Positions 31,114 through 42,858 are shown, counted from the first letter of the stretch. The stretch: 64,000 nt of DNA from Nitrospirota bacterium (GCA_963818475.1 CAWFSF010000006.1:320001-384000), one strand, 5' to 3'. Numbers and translations are program-made. Notes: generated by a model not told the origin, from the sequence alone.

Positions 31114-32307
31114 TTAGAACTCCATGGGATAATCATGGAAGGGATCGGAGAGTTCGGAGCCGGCAATGGCGATATATTCCTTCACAAACTCGACAATCTC
31201 CTTTTTCCGGCCTGATTCTGAGCAAAGGTCGGTCATGTCGTTAATGTACTCGTTCAGTCGGATACAGGCCTGTTTCAGGTCCTGGATCTCGTGAATCGCC
31301 TGTTGTTCCGACAGATGCCAGAAGTCGTTGATAGGCGTGAACCGGGGATTATAGAACACCGATGCGTGCTCGTCTTCGAGCGCGGCTGCCTGCTCCTTGA
31401 GCGACGCTATATAGAGTTTCAGCTTTTCGTCCGGCAGCGTGTCGAGCGCGCGGGTTTCCGAAGCGACCCATTGCATCTCAAGTTTGAGGAGGGTGGCAAG
31501 GTCTTTATCTGCATAGGCGGCGGTCACCTTCTTCATTAATTCTTCTTTTCGCTTCTTTTCCGCAAAGTCCATTTCCGTGTCCGGGTGCAGGGCCTTTGCC
31601 AGGGAAAGGTAAAGGCTTCGCATACTCTTGAGCTGATGTGCTTCCTCTTTTTGCCGCAGCTCTTCCTTCGCAAGTTGTTTCTTCGATTTATACTTTCGGG
31701 AAAAAGGTTCTTCTCGTTGATTATCGCTGCTCTTGAACTCGTCACGCATGCGCCTGATGAAACGGGCGAATTCCTCGGGAGTATCTCCCATTGAGTCCGG
31801 ATCGATGTCCATGTCGAAGGCGTCCTTCGCGTGTTCCGCGAACGCCCGCTTCATGGCGTTCTGCTGACTTTGAACTTCCTCGCGATAATTCGATTCCGAC
31901 CAGGCATTATAAAACACTTCGGTCTCCTGGTCAGGCTCCACATGGGCGAACGCTTCATCGCACAGGAGGAGGATAACCTTGCGCACATTGTCTGCCTGAC
32001 GCGCGCCGAATTTTAACTTTTTTGTCGTTTCGCCAAGGGTTTTCGCAAGCTTTAGCCGGCTTTGGGATATCACCTGCTGCAGGTTGGGTATGTTCGCGTT
32101 GTACGCTTTGAGCACGGTTTCGAGCTTTACCGAGTCTTTGCGGATCGCCTGCTGGATCTGTTCGATGCGTTTCGTCAGCCGATTGAAGGCCTGCTGGTTC
32201 TTTGTCAGTTTTTTTCTTTTTGCGGCGGAGATCTTCAAATCTAATTTGACGGGTTTTTTACGGCGGGTAGTCTTGTTGTCGAATGAGGAAGGTGTTTGGT
32301 CGTCCAT
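31114..32307 (-). CDS. Coiled-coil protein with degenerate J-domain
   Basis: LYLSLAKALHPD...MKKVTAAY. Confidence 0.72.
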   Translation of the reverse strand: MDDQTPSSFDNKTTRRKKPVKLDLKISAAKRKKLTKNQQAFNRLTKRIEQIQQAIRKDSVKLETVLKAYNANIPNLQQVISQSRLKLAKTLGETTKKLKFGARQADNVRKVILLLCDEAFAHVEPDQETEVFYNAWSESNYREEVQSQQNAMKRAFAEHAKDAFDMDIDPDSMGDTPEEFARFIRRMRDEFKSSDNQREEPFSRKYKSKKQLAKEELRQKEEAHQLKSMRSLYLSLAKALHPDTEMDFAEKKRKEELMKKVTAAYADKDLATLLKLEMQWVASETRALDTLPDEKLKLYIASLKEQAAALEDEHASVFYNPRFTPINDFWHLSEQQAIHEIQDLKQACIRLNEYINDMTDLCSESGRKKEIVEFVKEYIAIAGSELSDPFHDYPMEF

Positions 32308-32368
32308 GGTAATTTTATCTTTGAAGAACTAAAAGCAAAAGAAACACAGACAAGCCGAACATAAACTT

Positions 32369-32469
32369 GCCACGAAGGCACGAAGTCACGAAGAACGAAA
32401 AAACCTGTTTAAGATAGTGTTTTAATTAATTAGACTAAGCCTTACTTCGTGTCTTAGTGCCTTCGTGGC
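32369..32469. repeat. ~101-bp palindromic element, sibling of 4233-4334
   Basis: Right arm CTTCGTGTCTTAGTGCCTTCGTGGC is the exact reverse complement of the left arm of the 4233 element. Confidence 0.8.
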
Positions 32470-32492
32470 AAAAATATTCTTGAGGTTGGCCT

Positions 32493-33476
32493 CTACAGCT
32501 TCATCGCCTCGTTCACTTCCGCCAGGGTCTGCGCGGCTATAACGCGGGCCTTGCGGGAGCCTTCGTGGATGATATCGGTGATCCTTTTCGGGTCGGCGAT
32601 CAGCTCCTTCCGGCGCTCCTGCATCGGCTTGAGGTATGCCAGAAGGTGTTTCAGCAGCTCCTTCTTGTCATCGACGCAGCCGATGCCGGCGCGGCGGCAT
32701 TCCACGTTGACATGATCGCACCATTCCTTGGGCGCGAAGATCTTGTCGAGCGCGAAGAGCGGGCAGACATCGGGATTACCGGGATCATTCCTGCGTACGC
32801 GCGCGGGGTCGGTCACCATGGCCATCACTTTCTTCGTGATGTCCTCGGGGCTGTCAGACATGTTGATCGTATTACCGTAGGTCTTGCTCATCTTGCGGCC
32901 GTCGGTGCCGGGCAGCTTGGGATACTCGGTCATGAGCGGCTGCGGCTCCGGAAAGATCTCGCCGTAGAGCTGGTCGAACCTGCGGCCGATCTCCCGCGTC
33001 AGCTCCAGATGGGGCAGCTGATCAACGCCCACGGGCACGAAGTGCGCTTTATAGATGAGAATGTCCGCTGCCTGGAGCACCGGGTAGCCGAGGAAGCCGT
33101 AGGTGTTCATCTCCCGGTCCTGGATCTGGTCCATCTTTTCCTTGTAGGTCGGCACGCGCTCGAGCCAGGGGAGCGGCGTGGACATGGAGAGCAGCACGTG
33201 GAGGACGGCGTGCTCGGGCACGAGGGACTGCTTAAAGAGCACGGCCTTCTCCGGGTCAAGGCCGGCCGAAAGCCAGTCAATGACCATCTCCTTGACGTGC
33301 GTCCGGATCTTCGAGGTGTCGGCATAGTTCGTGGTGAGGGCGTGCCAGTCCGCGATGAAGTAATAGCATTCGTACTGGTCCTGGAGCTTGCGCCAGTTCT
33401 CGAGTGCTCCGAGAAGATTGCCGAGGTGCAGGAGTCCGCTCGGCTGCATTCCGCTTAAAACGCGTTTTTTTGACAT
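32493..33476 (-). CDS. trpS: Tryptophan-tRNA ligase
   Basis: SGMQPSG.LHLGN, YPVLQAADIL, VPVGVDQ, KMSK. Confidence 0.96.
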   Translation of the reverse strand: MSKKRVLSGMQPSGLLHLGNLLGALENWRKLQDQYECYYFIADWHALTTNYADTSKIRTHVKEMVIDWLSAGLDPEKAVLFKQSLVPEHAVLHVLLSMSTPLPWLERVPTYKEKMDQIQDREMNTYGFLGYPVLQAADILIYKAHFVPVGVDQLPHLELTREIGRRFDQLYGEIFPEPQPLMTEYPKLPGTDGRKMSKTYGNTINMSDSPEDITKKVMAMVTDPARVRRNDPGNPDVCPLFALDKIFAPKEWCDHVNVECRRAGIGCVDDKKELLKHLLAYLKPMQERRKELIADPKRITDIIHEGSRKARVIAAQTLAEVNEAMKL

Positions 33477-33506
33477 AGGGTCGGTGTGTGAACTCCTGTT
33501 CGAGAT

Positions 33507-34216
33507 TTACCCTTTAAAGAGATATTGAACGAGTATGGAGAGAATGTCATTCCCGAGAAGAAAATAAAGCGCCGGCAGTATGATCGGCCAGATGATGTAC
33601 CCGAGAATATTGAATGCAAATAACGCCAGGATGATGATCATGCCAAAGGGTTCGAGGCGATAATAGGTCGCCGCAAGTTTTTCCGGAAGGACCCAGTAGA
33701 CGATCCTGCTGCCATCAAGCGGGGGGATCGGGATCAGGTTCAGGATGGCCAGGACGACATTGATGAGAACGCCATAGCCTAACATGAGGGTCAGGGGAAT
33801 CCCGAGCCACTCCCCGGCTGATTGAGGGAGTACCCCCACGAGCAGCGGGAGCACAACGCGAAGAAAGAGGGCGAACATTACGGCCATGACCAGATTGATC
33901 CCCGGTCCTGCCAGCGATGACAGTGCCATGCCCTTCTTGGGATCGTTAAAATTGTAGGGATTGATCGGCACTGGCTTGGCATAGCCGAAGAGCATTCTGC
34001 CGTCCGTGAGCACAGAACAGCATGAGCGGCATTAGTACCGTGCCGAACAGATCGATATGGGAGATGCGGATTCAGGGTCAGCCTGCCCATGTCGCGGGCC
34101 GTGTGGTCGCCAAGCTTGTTCGCGACCCAGCCGTGCGCCACTTCGTGCAGCACGATGGCGAAGATGAGCGGCGGGGCCATGACCGCGATCTTTTGTATGA
34201 TGTTCAGTTCTTCCAT
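33507..34216 (-). CDS. Site-2 (M50) protease, frameshifted
   Basis: LHEVAHG, GYAKPVP, AGPGIN, NLIPIPPLDG. Confidence 0.9.
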
Positions 34217-34336
34217 AGGATTAAGTCGACATGCCGGTACTGCTGAAAAAAGCTATTTTTTACAGCGTTTTCGTCGAGCGTTGATAGTAAGGGAAATGAG
34301 AAGGAGTGTCAAGAAAAAATAGGCAGCGGGCCTGCA

Positions 34337-36247
34337 TTATTCCTTTACAGGAATGAATCCGTTGCTGTCGATCGTGATCAGGAATACCTTCTTCTGCGCT
34401 TCGCCGGTCCCGTTGAACGTGGTCGTTCCGGAGATGCCGGGGTAGGCGCTGAGCGCTGCAAGGCCTTCCCTGATCGGCTGCCGGCGTGTCCTTATGCTCC
34501 TTGATGAGCGAGAGGACCATCATGGCGGCATCATAGGCCTGGGCTGAAAGGATCATCAGGGTCTTCCTGGTATGCGGAACGGTAGGCTTCCACGAATTCC
34601 TTTACCGCAGGGGCAGTGTTCTCCGGCATGAACCCGTCGGTAAAGACCGCGCCTTCGGCATGGCGGCCGGCGCGTTCGAGCAGGTCCGGCGTATGCCAGT
34701 TGTTGGACCCGATCAGTTTCATGCCCGTGATGTTGTAGAACGCGAGCTGGGGGATGAGGAGGCCCACCCGGTCCGCTGTGCCGGGAAGGTAGAGGGAATC
34801 GAAGCTGGGCGTATAGTCCTGGAAAAGCTTTTTCCGCTCGGCGTCATCCTCCGGGATCTGGATCCTGCGGGAGCGCAGGTCGATCTCCATGACGCGCTTG
34901 ATATAGGGTCCGAAATCGTTGGTTTCCGTGGGGTAGGGGACGGTCGCGAGCACGTCGGCCTTGTTTCTCAGTTCACGGGCAAAGAGGCGCGACAGATCCC
35001 TGCCGTAGGGATCGTCGGGGATACATGATCACGATCTTTTTGAGCTTCTGACCGATGACGTACTGTGCGGCCGCCCGTGCCTGGCTCGCATTCGTGAGCG
35101 CATTTCTGAATATCCAGGGGCTCAGTTCTCCCAGTCCGGCGCCCGAGGCAGCCGGCGTGATGACCGGGACCTGCAGCTTTTGGACGATCGGCGCAAGCGC
35201 TTCCACTTCGCGCGTCAGGAGCGGTCCGATGGCTGCTACTATGCCCTTGGGTGCGAGTTCGGAAAGTGCGGCAGCCGCTTTATCGGGTGATCCTTCGGTG
35301 TCCCTGATAAGGATCTCCACGCGGTTATCGACGTTCTTGAGATTGTAACTGTACACGGCAAGCTGGATGCCCCTGAGCACGCGGTCACCATAGAAGGCGG
35401 CCGGTCCGGTCTGGGGGATGAGCGCGCCCAGGGAGTAGCGCGGCGACGAGAGCTGTGCCGTAGCATCGACCACGAGCATCTCTGCCCGGGTCTTTTCCGG
35501 GTGCGTCGGGAATTTTGCAAGGAAGTCTTTGGCAAGCTTGATGGCGTCACGGTACTTTTTCTGCTCGATCATGAGGCTTGCAAGGCGCAGCAGGGCGAGG
35601 TCGGCGGGATAAGCAACTCCTTCCGACAAGGCCGTGAGGTCGCCTTCCGTAAGGTTCTTGGCCACCATCTCGCGCACCCGCTCCCGGTATCCGGCCTGCT
35701 GTTTCGCGTTCGGCGCAGATTCGGCAAGGTAGACGAATTCCTTCACCGCAGGCAGGTATGCCTCCTTTGCCGCATACGCTGCTGCCAGGACCTCGGCAAT
35801 CCGCACAAGCCTGGCCGGGTCGGTGATCCGGGTCCGGTCCTGCAGGTTCGCTATGGCGAGGTCGTATTCCTTGAGCTCAAAGTAGCAGAGGCCGAGCTTG
35901 TATTTGGCGTCGGTGATGAACGGCGAAGCAGGGTACTTTTCGAGGACATCCTTGTAGTTGCTGAGCGCCTGCTGGTAGTCCCGCTGCGCAAAGTGCACCT
36001 CGCCCATGAGGAACCGCGCCCGGTCCTGGTGCCTGCTTTTGGGGTACAGCACGGTAAAATCATTGGCTGTCTTGAGCGCGTGGTCATATTGTTTTTTGGC
36101 GTAGAAGGCATCTGCCTGGTCCAAAAGCGCCCGGGCGTCCAGCTCCCATGCCGGTTCGGGCGGCAGTTTCGGCGCGCAGCTCGTGAGAACAACGGCGCCA
36201 AGCAGCAGCCCGACCATGAACACTATGAAGGTGCGGCGTAGCAACAT
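34337..36247 (-). CDS. TPR lipoprotein with periplasmic-binding-fold C-terminus (LpoA/LppC-like), frameshifted
   Basis: Lipobox LTSC, BamD-like TPRs, IGPL, LIPQLAFY, AQAYDA across three ORF pieces. Confidence 0.8.
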
Positions 36248-36249
36248 CC

Positions 36250-36360
36250 TTACTTCCCTTTCTTTGCAGCGGCTGCGGCAATGGCGGTCTTGCGCTTCAG
36301 CTTCAGCGTCTCTGCCTGGCGTTTCCGTTTGCGGGCGATCTCTTTCTCTCTTTCACGCAT
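36250..36360 (-). CDS. Small basic protein (36 aa)
   Basis: MREREKEIARKRKRQAETLKLKRKTAIAAAAAKKGK with AAAGGAGA RBS. Confidence 0.6.
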   Translation of the reverse strand: MREREKEIARKRKRQAETLKLKRKTAIAAAAAKKGK

Positions 36361-36612
36361 GGTTGGTATTCTCCTTTCACTGGAATGATCGGTACGGTTC
36401 AGACTGCACACTATAGCGAAGATGGGGCTGTTTGTCAATATGTTCGGGGCGTTCTGGCCGAACGTTCCTGGTCCGAAAGCCGGCGGTTGACGATCGTGAC
36501 ATCGTTCGCCCGGGCGTCTTTGAATCAAGGTGTTTTTGACTTTTTTGTGAATTTTCACTTGATTTATTTTATCCGATGGATTAGATTATACCCCTCATTG
36601 GAAGTCCACGAT

Positions 36613-36688
36613 GGGCGAGTAGCTCAGCTGGGAGAGCACCGCGTTCGCAATGCGGGGGCCGAGGGTTCGATCCCCTTCTCGTCCACCA
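36613..36688 (+). tRNA. tRNA-Ala (CGC)
   Basis: 76-nt cloverleaf, G3:U70 identity pair, anticodon loop TTCGCAA, GTTCGATC, encoded CCA. Confidence 0.95.
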
Positions 36689-36875
36689 TTTTTTATCGTT
36701 CACCGAAAAGCGAAGCCCTGCATGAAAAACCATGCAAGGCTTTTTGTTTGGATGTCCGTATCAGGTGGCTGATCAAATCTTTTGCTTCAGCCTGCAATTG
36801 CTGCAAGGAATTCTTACGGCGCGTCATGATCGGAACTGCAACGATAACTTAACCAGCATTATTCCTGGAGCACTA

Positions 36876-37064
36876 TCATACGAGCGCTTTCGTTGCCTTA
36901 TCCCAGTTGAGTTCTTTCGTGAGAGCATGCGAGGTTACGGCAGCGGCAATCTTTTCGGGTGCGGAAGTGCGTCCGGGGTGTCCGGGACGAGGCGGCAAAC
37001 ATGCGGAAGAAACAAACATGACCACCACCGCTGTCAGTATGAGTGCTTTCCATCCTTGCTTCAT
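36876..37064 (-). CDS. Small putative lipoprotein
   Basis: AGGAGG RBS, MKQGWKALILTAVVVMFVSSAC. Confidence 0.5.
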   Translation of the reverse strand: MKQGWKALILTAVVVMFVSSACLPPRPGHPGRTSAPEKIAAAVTSHALTKELNWDKATKALV

Positions 37065-37099
37065 ATAAACCTCCTTTTTGATTTCATTCATAATTCATC

Positions 37100-37750
37100 C
37101 TATGGATTTATCAGAACATCGTTGGATTCGGCTGATCCATCGATGACCACGACCCGCCTGTCTTCTCTGCGAAGCCTGCCTTCCGCAAAAAGCTGGATCG
37201 CGCGGGAATAGATCTTATGCTCCTGCTTGAGAATCCGCTCCGAGAGGCTGTCCTCGGTATCATTGTCCAGGATCGGGACCACGGCCTGGATGATGATGGG
37301 GCCGGTGTCCATGCCTTCGTCAACGAAGTGCACGGTGCAGCCGGAGAACTTCACGCCGTGATCCAGCGCTTTTTGCTGAACATGAAGGCCGGGGAAGGCC
37401 GGCAGCAGGGAAGGGTGGATGTTCAGGATGCGGTGCGGGAAAGCGGCGATCAGCACCGGGGTGATGATGCGCATGAATCCCGCGAGGCAGACAAGTTCCA
37501 CGCCCCGTTTCTGAAGCTCCTGCACGAGAAGCGCGTCGTATGCTTCGCGTTTGCCTTTATAGCCTTTGGCGCTTACATGGACCGCCGGCATGTTGTGTTT
37601 TCTTGCCCGTTCGAGGGAATAGGCATCGGCCTGGTCGCTGATAACAACTGCGATCTCGGCAGCGAGCTGACCGCGCTCGATATTGTCGATGATGGCCTGA
37701 AGGTTCGAGCCCCGTCCCGAGACGAGTACCCCGATGCGGATCTTGTTCAT
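37100..37750 (-). CDS. purN: Phosphoribosylglycinamide formyltransferase
   Basis: SGRGSNLQA, LAGFMRI, NIHPSLLP. Confidence 0.96.
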   Translation of the reverse strand: MNKIRIGVLVSGRGSNLQAIIDNIERGQLAAEIAVVISDQADAYSLERARKHNMPAVHVSAKGYKGKREAYDALLVQELQKRGVELVCLAGFMRIITPVLIAAFPHRILNIHPSLLPAFPGLHVQQKALDHGVKFSGCTVHFVDEGMDTGPIIIQAVVPILDNDTEDSLSERILKQEHKIYSRAIQLFAEGRLRREDRRVVVIDGSAESNDVLINP

Positions 37751-37857
37751 ACTGCCTCAATGCAAAGTGCAAAATGTAAATTTCAAAATGCAAAGGTGTG
37801 GTAAATGGCAGTGCCTTATTTTGCACTTTACACTTTGCAGTTTGCCTTTTGCACTCA

Positions 37858-38883
37858 CTATTCCTTGTACTTCACGACCTGCTTCCCTTTTACGATCTCG
37901 CCGATCAGGTAGGCCCGCTCCCCGAGCTTCCGGGCGCGTTTCATGACAGCATCGGCCTGTTTTGCCGGTACTGCCATGATCATGCCGATGCCCATGTTGA
38001 AGTCCCGGTACATCTCCTGATCGTCCACGCCTGCTTTTTCCTGGATCAGAGAGAAAATGGGGTGGATGTCCCAGGTATCCTTGACGATCAGGGCCTGGAC
38101 GCCTTTCGGGAGCATGCGCGGCGTGTTCTCGGTGATGCCGCCGCCGGTTATGTGCGCCATGCCGCGCAGATCGAACTCCTGCAGCAGCGCCAGAATGGTC
38201 TTTGCGTAGATCCGCGTCGGCGTGAGCAGTACCTCTCCCAGCGGCCGGCCGAGGCCGGGAACGATCTTCCTGAGCGGGTAGCCTGCTTCCTCGAGCAGGA
38301 CCTTGCGCGCCAGCGAGTACCCGTTGCTGTGCAGGCCTGAGGACGCAAGTCCGATGAGCTGGTCTCCGGGCTTGATCCGGGAGCCGTCGATGATCTTCTT
38401 TTTTTCGACCACGCCGACGGCAAAGCCTGCCAGGTCGTATTCATCGTTCCCGTAGAATGACGGCATTTCGGCGGTTTCGCCGCCGATCAGGGCGCAGCCG
38501 GACTGCCTGCAGCCTTCGGCAATGCCTTTGATGATGTTGGCGTGCTCCTTCGGCTTCAGCTTGCCCGTGGCAAAATAGTCGAGGAAAAAGAGCGGCTCCG
38601 CGCCCTGGACAATGATGTCGTTCACGCACATGGCGACGAGGTCGATGCCCACGGTGTCGTGCTTTTTGGTGAGGAAGGCGATCTTGAGCTTGGTGCCCAC
38701 GCCGTCCGTGCCGGAGACGAGGACCGGCTGTTTGTATTTTTTGAGGGCAAAGAGCCCGCCGAAGCCGCCGATGTCGGTGAGCACTTCCGGGCGGAACGTT
38801 GACTTGACGTAGGGCTTGATCTTCGACACAAAGAGGTCTCCGGCATCGATGTCAACGCCGGCATCCTTATAGGTAATGGCCAT
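37858..38883 (-). CDS. purM: AIR synthase
   Basis: [29 protein letters not shown]. Confidence 0.96.
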   Translation of the reverse strand: MAITYKDAGVDIDAGDLFVSKIKPYVKSTFRPEVLTDIGGFGGLFALKKYKQPVLVSGTDGVGTKLKIAFLTKKHDTVGIDLVAMCVNDIIVQGAEPLFFLDYFATGKLKPKEHANIIKGIAEGCRQSGCALIGGETAEMPSFYGNDEYDLAGFAVGVVEKKKIIDGSRIKPGDQLIGLASSGLHSNGYSLARKVLLEEAGYPLRKIVPGLGRPLGEVLLTPTRIYAKTILALLQEFDLRGMAHITGGGITENTPRMLPKGVQALIVKDTWDIHPIFSLIQEKAGVDDQEMYRDFNMGIGMIMAVPAKQADAVMKRARKLGERAYLIGEIVKGKQVVKYKE

Positions 38884-38983
38884 GGAGGTTCCCTTCTGAA
38901 AAATTTTGTCGATACTACCTGTAACCGGGGCCGCTGTCAACAGGTTTCAGCCGCAGCAGCGGGGGCCAGGACTGCCGCATCCG

Positions 38984-39463
38984 CTATCTGACTTTTTGCT
39001 CGATGTCCCGAACGGTGGAATTATTCATGAGCTTGAGGAACTGGGGATTCGCCATGAGGGCGGAAATGTCGCCGGCATTCACGGCTTTCATGACCTCGGG
39101 ATCTTCGATGATCTTCAGAAATTCGGGGTCGTTCTGGAGCGACTGGATCTTGCTCATGACCTCCTTGTCGTTCATCATCCTGTCCTGCAGGGTCCTTACG
39201 TCGCGGGCCGTGTTGTCAGGAGCTGTTCCGGAATTGGCAACAGCCGGTGCAGCGACCGGTCTGATGGCGAGGACCTTCGACTCCTCGATCTGAAGGTTGC
39301 CCAGGCTGCCTGAACGTATGGTGTATTTCCCGTTGGTCAGCGATACGACCTCTCCGGTCACGATACTGCCGTCCCTGAGCTCGATCGCCCGGACCTCTCC
39401 GGCGAGGCTTTCTTGTGCCAGGAACAGGGCTGAAAAAAGCGTGAGGAAAATAAAAGTTCTCAT
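38984..39463 (-). CDS. Exported hypothetical protein with STI1-like tail
   Basis: Signal peptide, IELRDGS, DPEF/DPEV/NPQF repeats. Confidence 0.65.
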   Translation of the reverse strand: MRTFIFLTLFSALFLAQESLAGEVRAIELRDGSIVTGEVVSLTNGKYTIRSGSLGNLQIEESKVLAIRPVAAPAVANSGTAPDNTARDVRTLQDRMMNDKEVMSKIQSLQNDPEFLKIIEDPEVMKAVNAGDISALMANPQFLKLMNNSTVRDIEQKVR

Positions 39464-39506
39464 CGGGTACCTCCTGGGTAACTATAGCATAGATGAACGC
39501 TCATTC

Positions 39507-40522
39507 CTACTGATACGTGATCGAACCTTTTCTGACCGCAGGGGCAGCGACAACGCGCAGTTCGCTGAGGCAGAACTCTTTTTTTAACGCAACGATATTT
39601 GAGCGTTTCTGGCCTATGGCAGCAGCAACATCGGAGGGATGGCAGAGGAAACGGGCGGGGCCTGCTCCCGGCGCACGCTGTTGCAACGGCAGCGCGCATC
39701 CGGTCCAGGAGGACCGACGAGTCCACAAGCTGCCTGAACGCCGGATGATAGGGGCCCGCCAGGATGGTGCCGGTTTTTTGAAGCTCCTCGGTCGGTTGGA
39801 GCCCCATGCGGATCACCGCTATGCCGGCGCGCTCGAACTGCAGGAAGGCATTCTTGCACCATTGTACTGCTTCGTCCAGGGATAATGGGGCATATTGCCC
39901 CGAACAATACAGCGCTTCGAGCGGCGTCTCTTTGATCACGAGCGCCGGGTAGATCCGGACGAATTCGGGCCTCATTCCGATCACGCTGTGCACGGTTTCC
40001 ATAAAGGTCCCGGCTGCATCTCCCGGCAAGCCGGGCATCAGCTGCAACCCGATGCTGAATCCCTGTTCGCGAAGCAGGGTGACGGCATGGATGGTGTCGG
40101 CCGCGGTGTGGCCCCGCCCGGAACGCATGAGCACGGAATCATCCATGGATTGAACGCCGAGTTCGATGGTTTCTACCTGATGGTCCCTGAGGAAGGCAAG
40201 GATTTCCCTGCTGATGCAGTCCGGCCTGGTAGAGAGGCGGATCCCTTTGATCCTGCCTGAGGAAATGAACGGTTGGCATGCCTCGAGGTAGCTCTTCTGG
40301 ACCTCGACTCGCCAGGGCGGTGAAGCTGCCGCCATAGAACGCCACCTGGGCCGGTTCCTGCTTTGACCTCTTGTTCAGATAGGCGGTGATCGTATGCGCG
40401 ACGGAGGATGGATCAACAGACGTTCTCTGCCCGGTGATATTCCTTTGATTGCAGAACACGCACTGGTGAGGGCATCCGGAATGGGGAATGAAAAAAGGGA
40501 TGATCATGATCGCTGCGCTCAA
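39507..40522 (-). CDS. Elp3/YhcC-like radical SAM protein, frameshifted
   Basis: CPHQCVFC, FYGGSFT, STRPD, ELGVQS, GPYHPAF. Confidence 0.88.
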
Positions 40523-40578
40523 TTGCGGAATGCGGATTTCGGAATGATTCTGTCCGCAATCCGAAATCAGGGCTTTTG

Positions 40579-41259
40579 CTACGTCAGTTTTTCCAGGGCT
40601 TCCTTCGCAGCTTTCTGCTCGGCTTCTTTTTTGCTCTTGCCTGTTCCACGACCATAGAGCTGCCCCTTGACCATCAGTTCCACGTCGAATTGTTTCTGGT
40701 GGTCAGGGCCGGTCTCGGACACGACGCGGTATTCAGGCAGCAGCTTCAAGCGCTCCTGGCAGCGCTCCTGGAGCGCTGTTTTGTAGTCAAGGGAAGTGCG
40801 TGATGCGCAGGTTCTCTTGATCACGTCTTCGAAAAATCGAAGAATGAAGGTTTCGGCTGTATCCTTGCCGGCATCGAGGTACAATGCGGCGATGAGCGCT
40901 TCAAGGGCGTCCGCCAGCAGCGAGTCCTTGTCGCGTCCGCCGGTCTGCTCTTCGCCCTTGCCGAGCAGCAGGTAGGCGCCGAGCTCCAGGGCACGGCCGA
41001 TCACGGCAAGTGCAGGTTCGCTCACGACCGCTGCTCTGAGCCTCGAGAGGTCTCCTTCGGTCGAGTCGGGGCAGGTCCTCATGAGATGCTCGCTCACGAT
41101 GAGCGAGAGGACGGCATCTCCGAGGAACTCCATCCGTTCGTTGTGGTAGGGGACCTTGTTTTCGTTGGCGAAGGATTTGTGCGTTAAAGCACGTTCAAGG
41201 AGCTGGGGCTCCTTGAACGTGTAGGAGATGCTTTGCTGAAGATCGGCGAGTGTGCGCAT
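40579..41259 (-). CDS. rnc: Ribonuclease III
   Basis: NERMEFLGDAVL, dsRBD GKSKKEAEQ. Confidence 0.96.
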   Translation of the reverse strand: MRTLADLQQSISYTFKEPQLLERALTHKSFANENKVPYHNERMEFLGDAVLSLIVSEHLMRTCPDSTEGDLSRLRAAVVSEPALAVIGRALELGAYLLLGKGEEQTGGRDKDSLLADALEALIAALYLDAGKDTAETFILRFFEDVIKRTCASRTSLDYKTALQERCQERLKLLPEYRVVSETGPDHQKQFDVELMVKGQLYGRGTGKSKKEAEQKAAKEALEKLT

Positions 41260-41260
41260 C

Positions 41261-42502
41261 TTACTTCCGGAAGCGCTTGAACACCAGGCACGCGTTCGTG
41301 CCGCCGAAACCGAAGGAATTGGACATGACGACATCGACCTGCGCTTTTCGTGCGGTGTGCGGGATGTAGTCAAGGTCGCATTCAGGATCGGGATTTTCAA
41401 GATTGATGGTCGGCGGGAGCACCCCGCGGTCCAGCGCAAGAACGGAGATAACGGCCTCCACGCCGCCCGCTGCACCGAGCAGATGGCCGGTCATGGATTT
41501 CGTGGAACTCACCGGGATCTTGTATGCATGGTCGCCGAACACGGTCTTGATGGCAATGCTCTCGAGTTCGTCGCCGTACTTGGTGGAGGTTCCATGGGCA
41601 TTGATGTAGCCCATGTCCGCCGGCGCAACGCCCGCGTCCTTGATCGCCATCTTCATGCATCGGGCCGCGCCTTCGCCGTTCGGGGCGGGAGAGGTGATAT
41701 GATAGGCATCGCCCGAGGCGCCATAGCCGACCACCTCGGCGTAGATGCGGGCCCCGCGCTTGAGCGCCGATTCCATCTCCTCAAGGACCACCACGCCGGA
41801 GCCTTCTCCCATGATGAAGCCGTCGCGTTCGGCATCGAAGGGGCGGCTTGCGCGCTGCGGTTCATGGTTCCGGGTGGAGAGGGCCTTCATGGCGTTGAAT
41901 CCGCCCACGCCGGTCACACAGATGCACGATTCGGTCCCTCCGGCGATCATGGCATCGGCATCGCCGCGCTGGATCCATTTGAACGCATCGCCGATGGAAT
42001 GGGTTCCCGTGGCGCAGGCCGTGACCACGCTGATGTTGGGGCCTTTGGCGCCGAAGCGCATGGAGATATTTCCCGCTACCTCGTTGATGATCAGCATGGG
42101 GATGTAGAAGGGCGTGATCTTGCGGAAACCGCGCTCGAGATAGACCTTGTGGTACTTCTCGATGGCCGGGAGCCCGCCTATGCCGGCGCTTACAATGACG
42201 CCGACGCGCTCGGCGTTCTCCGGCGTGATCTTGAGTCCCGACATGTCCATGGCCATCTGGCTTGCCGCGATCGCCAGATGAATGAACCGGTCCATTTTTT
42301 TGATCTCTTTGGGCTCGATGTACTTTTCCGGTTCGAAGCCGTGGATCTCTCCCGCGATCTGCGTCGGAATGGTCTTGTCATCGAACTGCGTAATGGGGCC
42401 GATGCCGGACTTGCCGCTGATCAGGCCTTCCCAGCTTGTTTCCGTATCGAGCCCGACGGGCGTGATCATGCCGACACCGGTTACAACAACTCTTCTCTTC
42501 AA
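41261..42502 (-). CDS. fabF: 3-oxoacyl-ACP synthase II
   Basis: [29 protein letters not shown]. Confidence 0.96.
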   Translation of the reverse strand: MKRRVVVTGVGMITPVGLDTETSWEGLISGKSGIGPITQFDDKTIPTQIAGEIHGFEPEKYIEPKEIKKMDRFIHLAIAASQMAMDMSGLKITPENAERVGVIVSAGIGGLPAIEKYHKVYLERGFRKITPFYIPMLIINEVAGNISMRFGAKGPNISVVTACATGTHSIGDAFKWIQRGDADAMIAGGTESCICVTGVGGFNAMKALSTRNHEPQRASRPFDAERDGFIMGEGSGVVVLEEMESALKRGARIYAEVVGYGASGDAYHITSPAPNGEGAARCMKMAIKDAGVAPADMGYINAHGTSTKYGDELESIAIKTVFGDHAYKIPVSSTKSMTGHLLGAAGGVEAVISVLALDRGVLPPTINLENPDPECDLDYIPHTARKAQVDVVMSNSFGFGGTNACLVFKRFRK

Positions 42503-42624
42503 AAGAGGATACCTCCTGCGATAATAAATCCGAAAAGCCAAAAAACCTGCTCTCACAGCTGCCGGAGAGGTCTTCTGGCTTTTTGGATTTTGTGAGACGG
42601 ATTGGCTGCGTGACGTTGAATCCG

Positions 42625-42858
42625 TTACTTTTTTGCCTTGATATAGTCGATCGCGTTCTGCACGGTCGCTATCTTTTCCGCATCCTCATCCGGGATCTCA
42701 ACGCCGAATTCTTCCTCGAGCGCCATCACGAGTTCCACGGTATCGAGCGAGTCGGCACCGAGGTCGTTGACGAATGATGCCTCAGGTTTCACATCCGCTT
42801 CCGGAACGCCGAGCTGCTCAGAAATGATCTTTTTTACCTTTGCCACTATCTCTGCCAT
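42625..42858 (-). CDS. acpP: Acyl carrier protein
   Basis: [12 protein letters not shown]. Confidence 0.97.
   Translation of the reverse strand: MAEIVAKVKKIISEQLGVPEADVKPEASFVNDLGADSLDTVELVMALEEEFGVEIPDEDAEKIATVQNAIDYIKAKK

Noticed and set aside
36613-37091. tRNA-Ala as an island integration site
   Set aside because: No duplicated tRNA 3' end or integrase seen; purN follows almost directly
38884-38983. Purine riboswitch upstream of purM
   Set aside because: No recognisable aptamer; the gap is short and holds only a promoter-like TTGACA box
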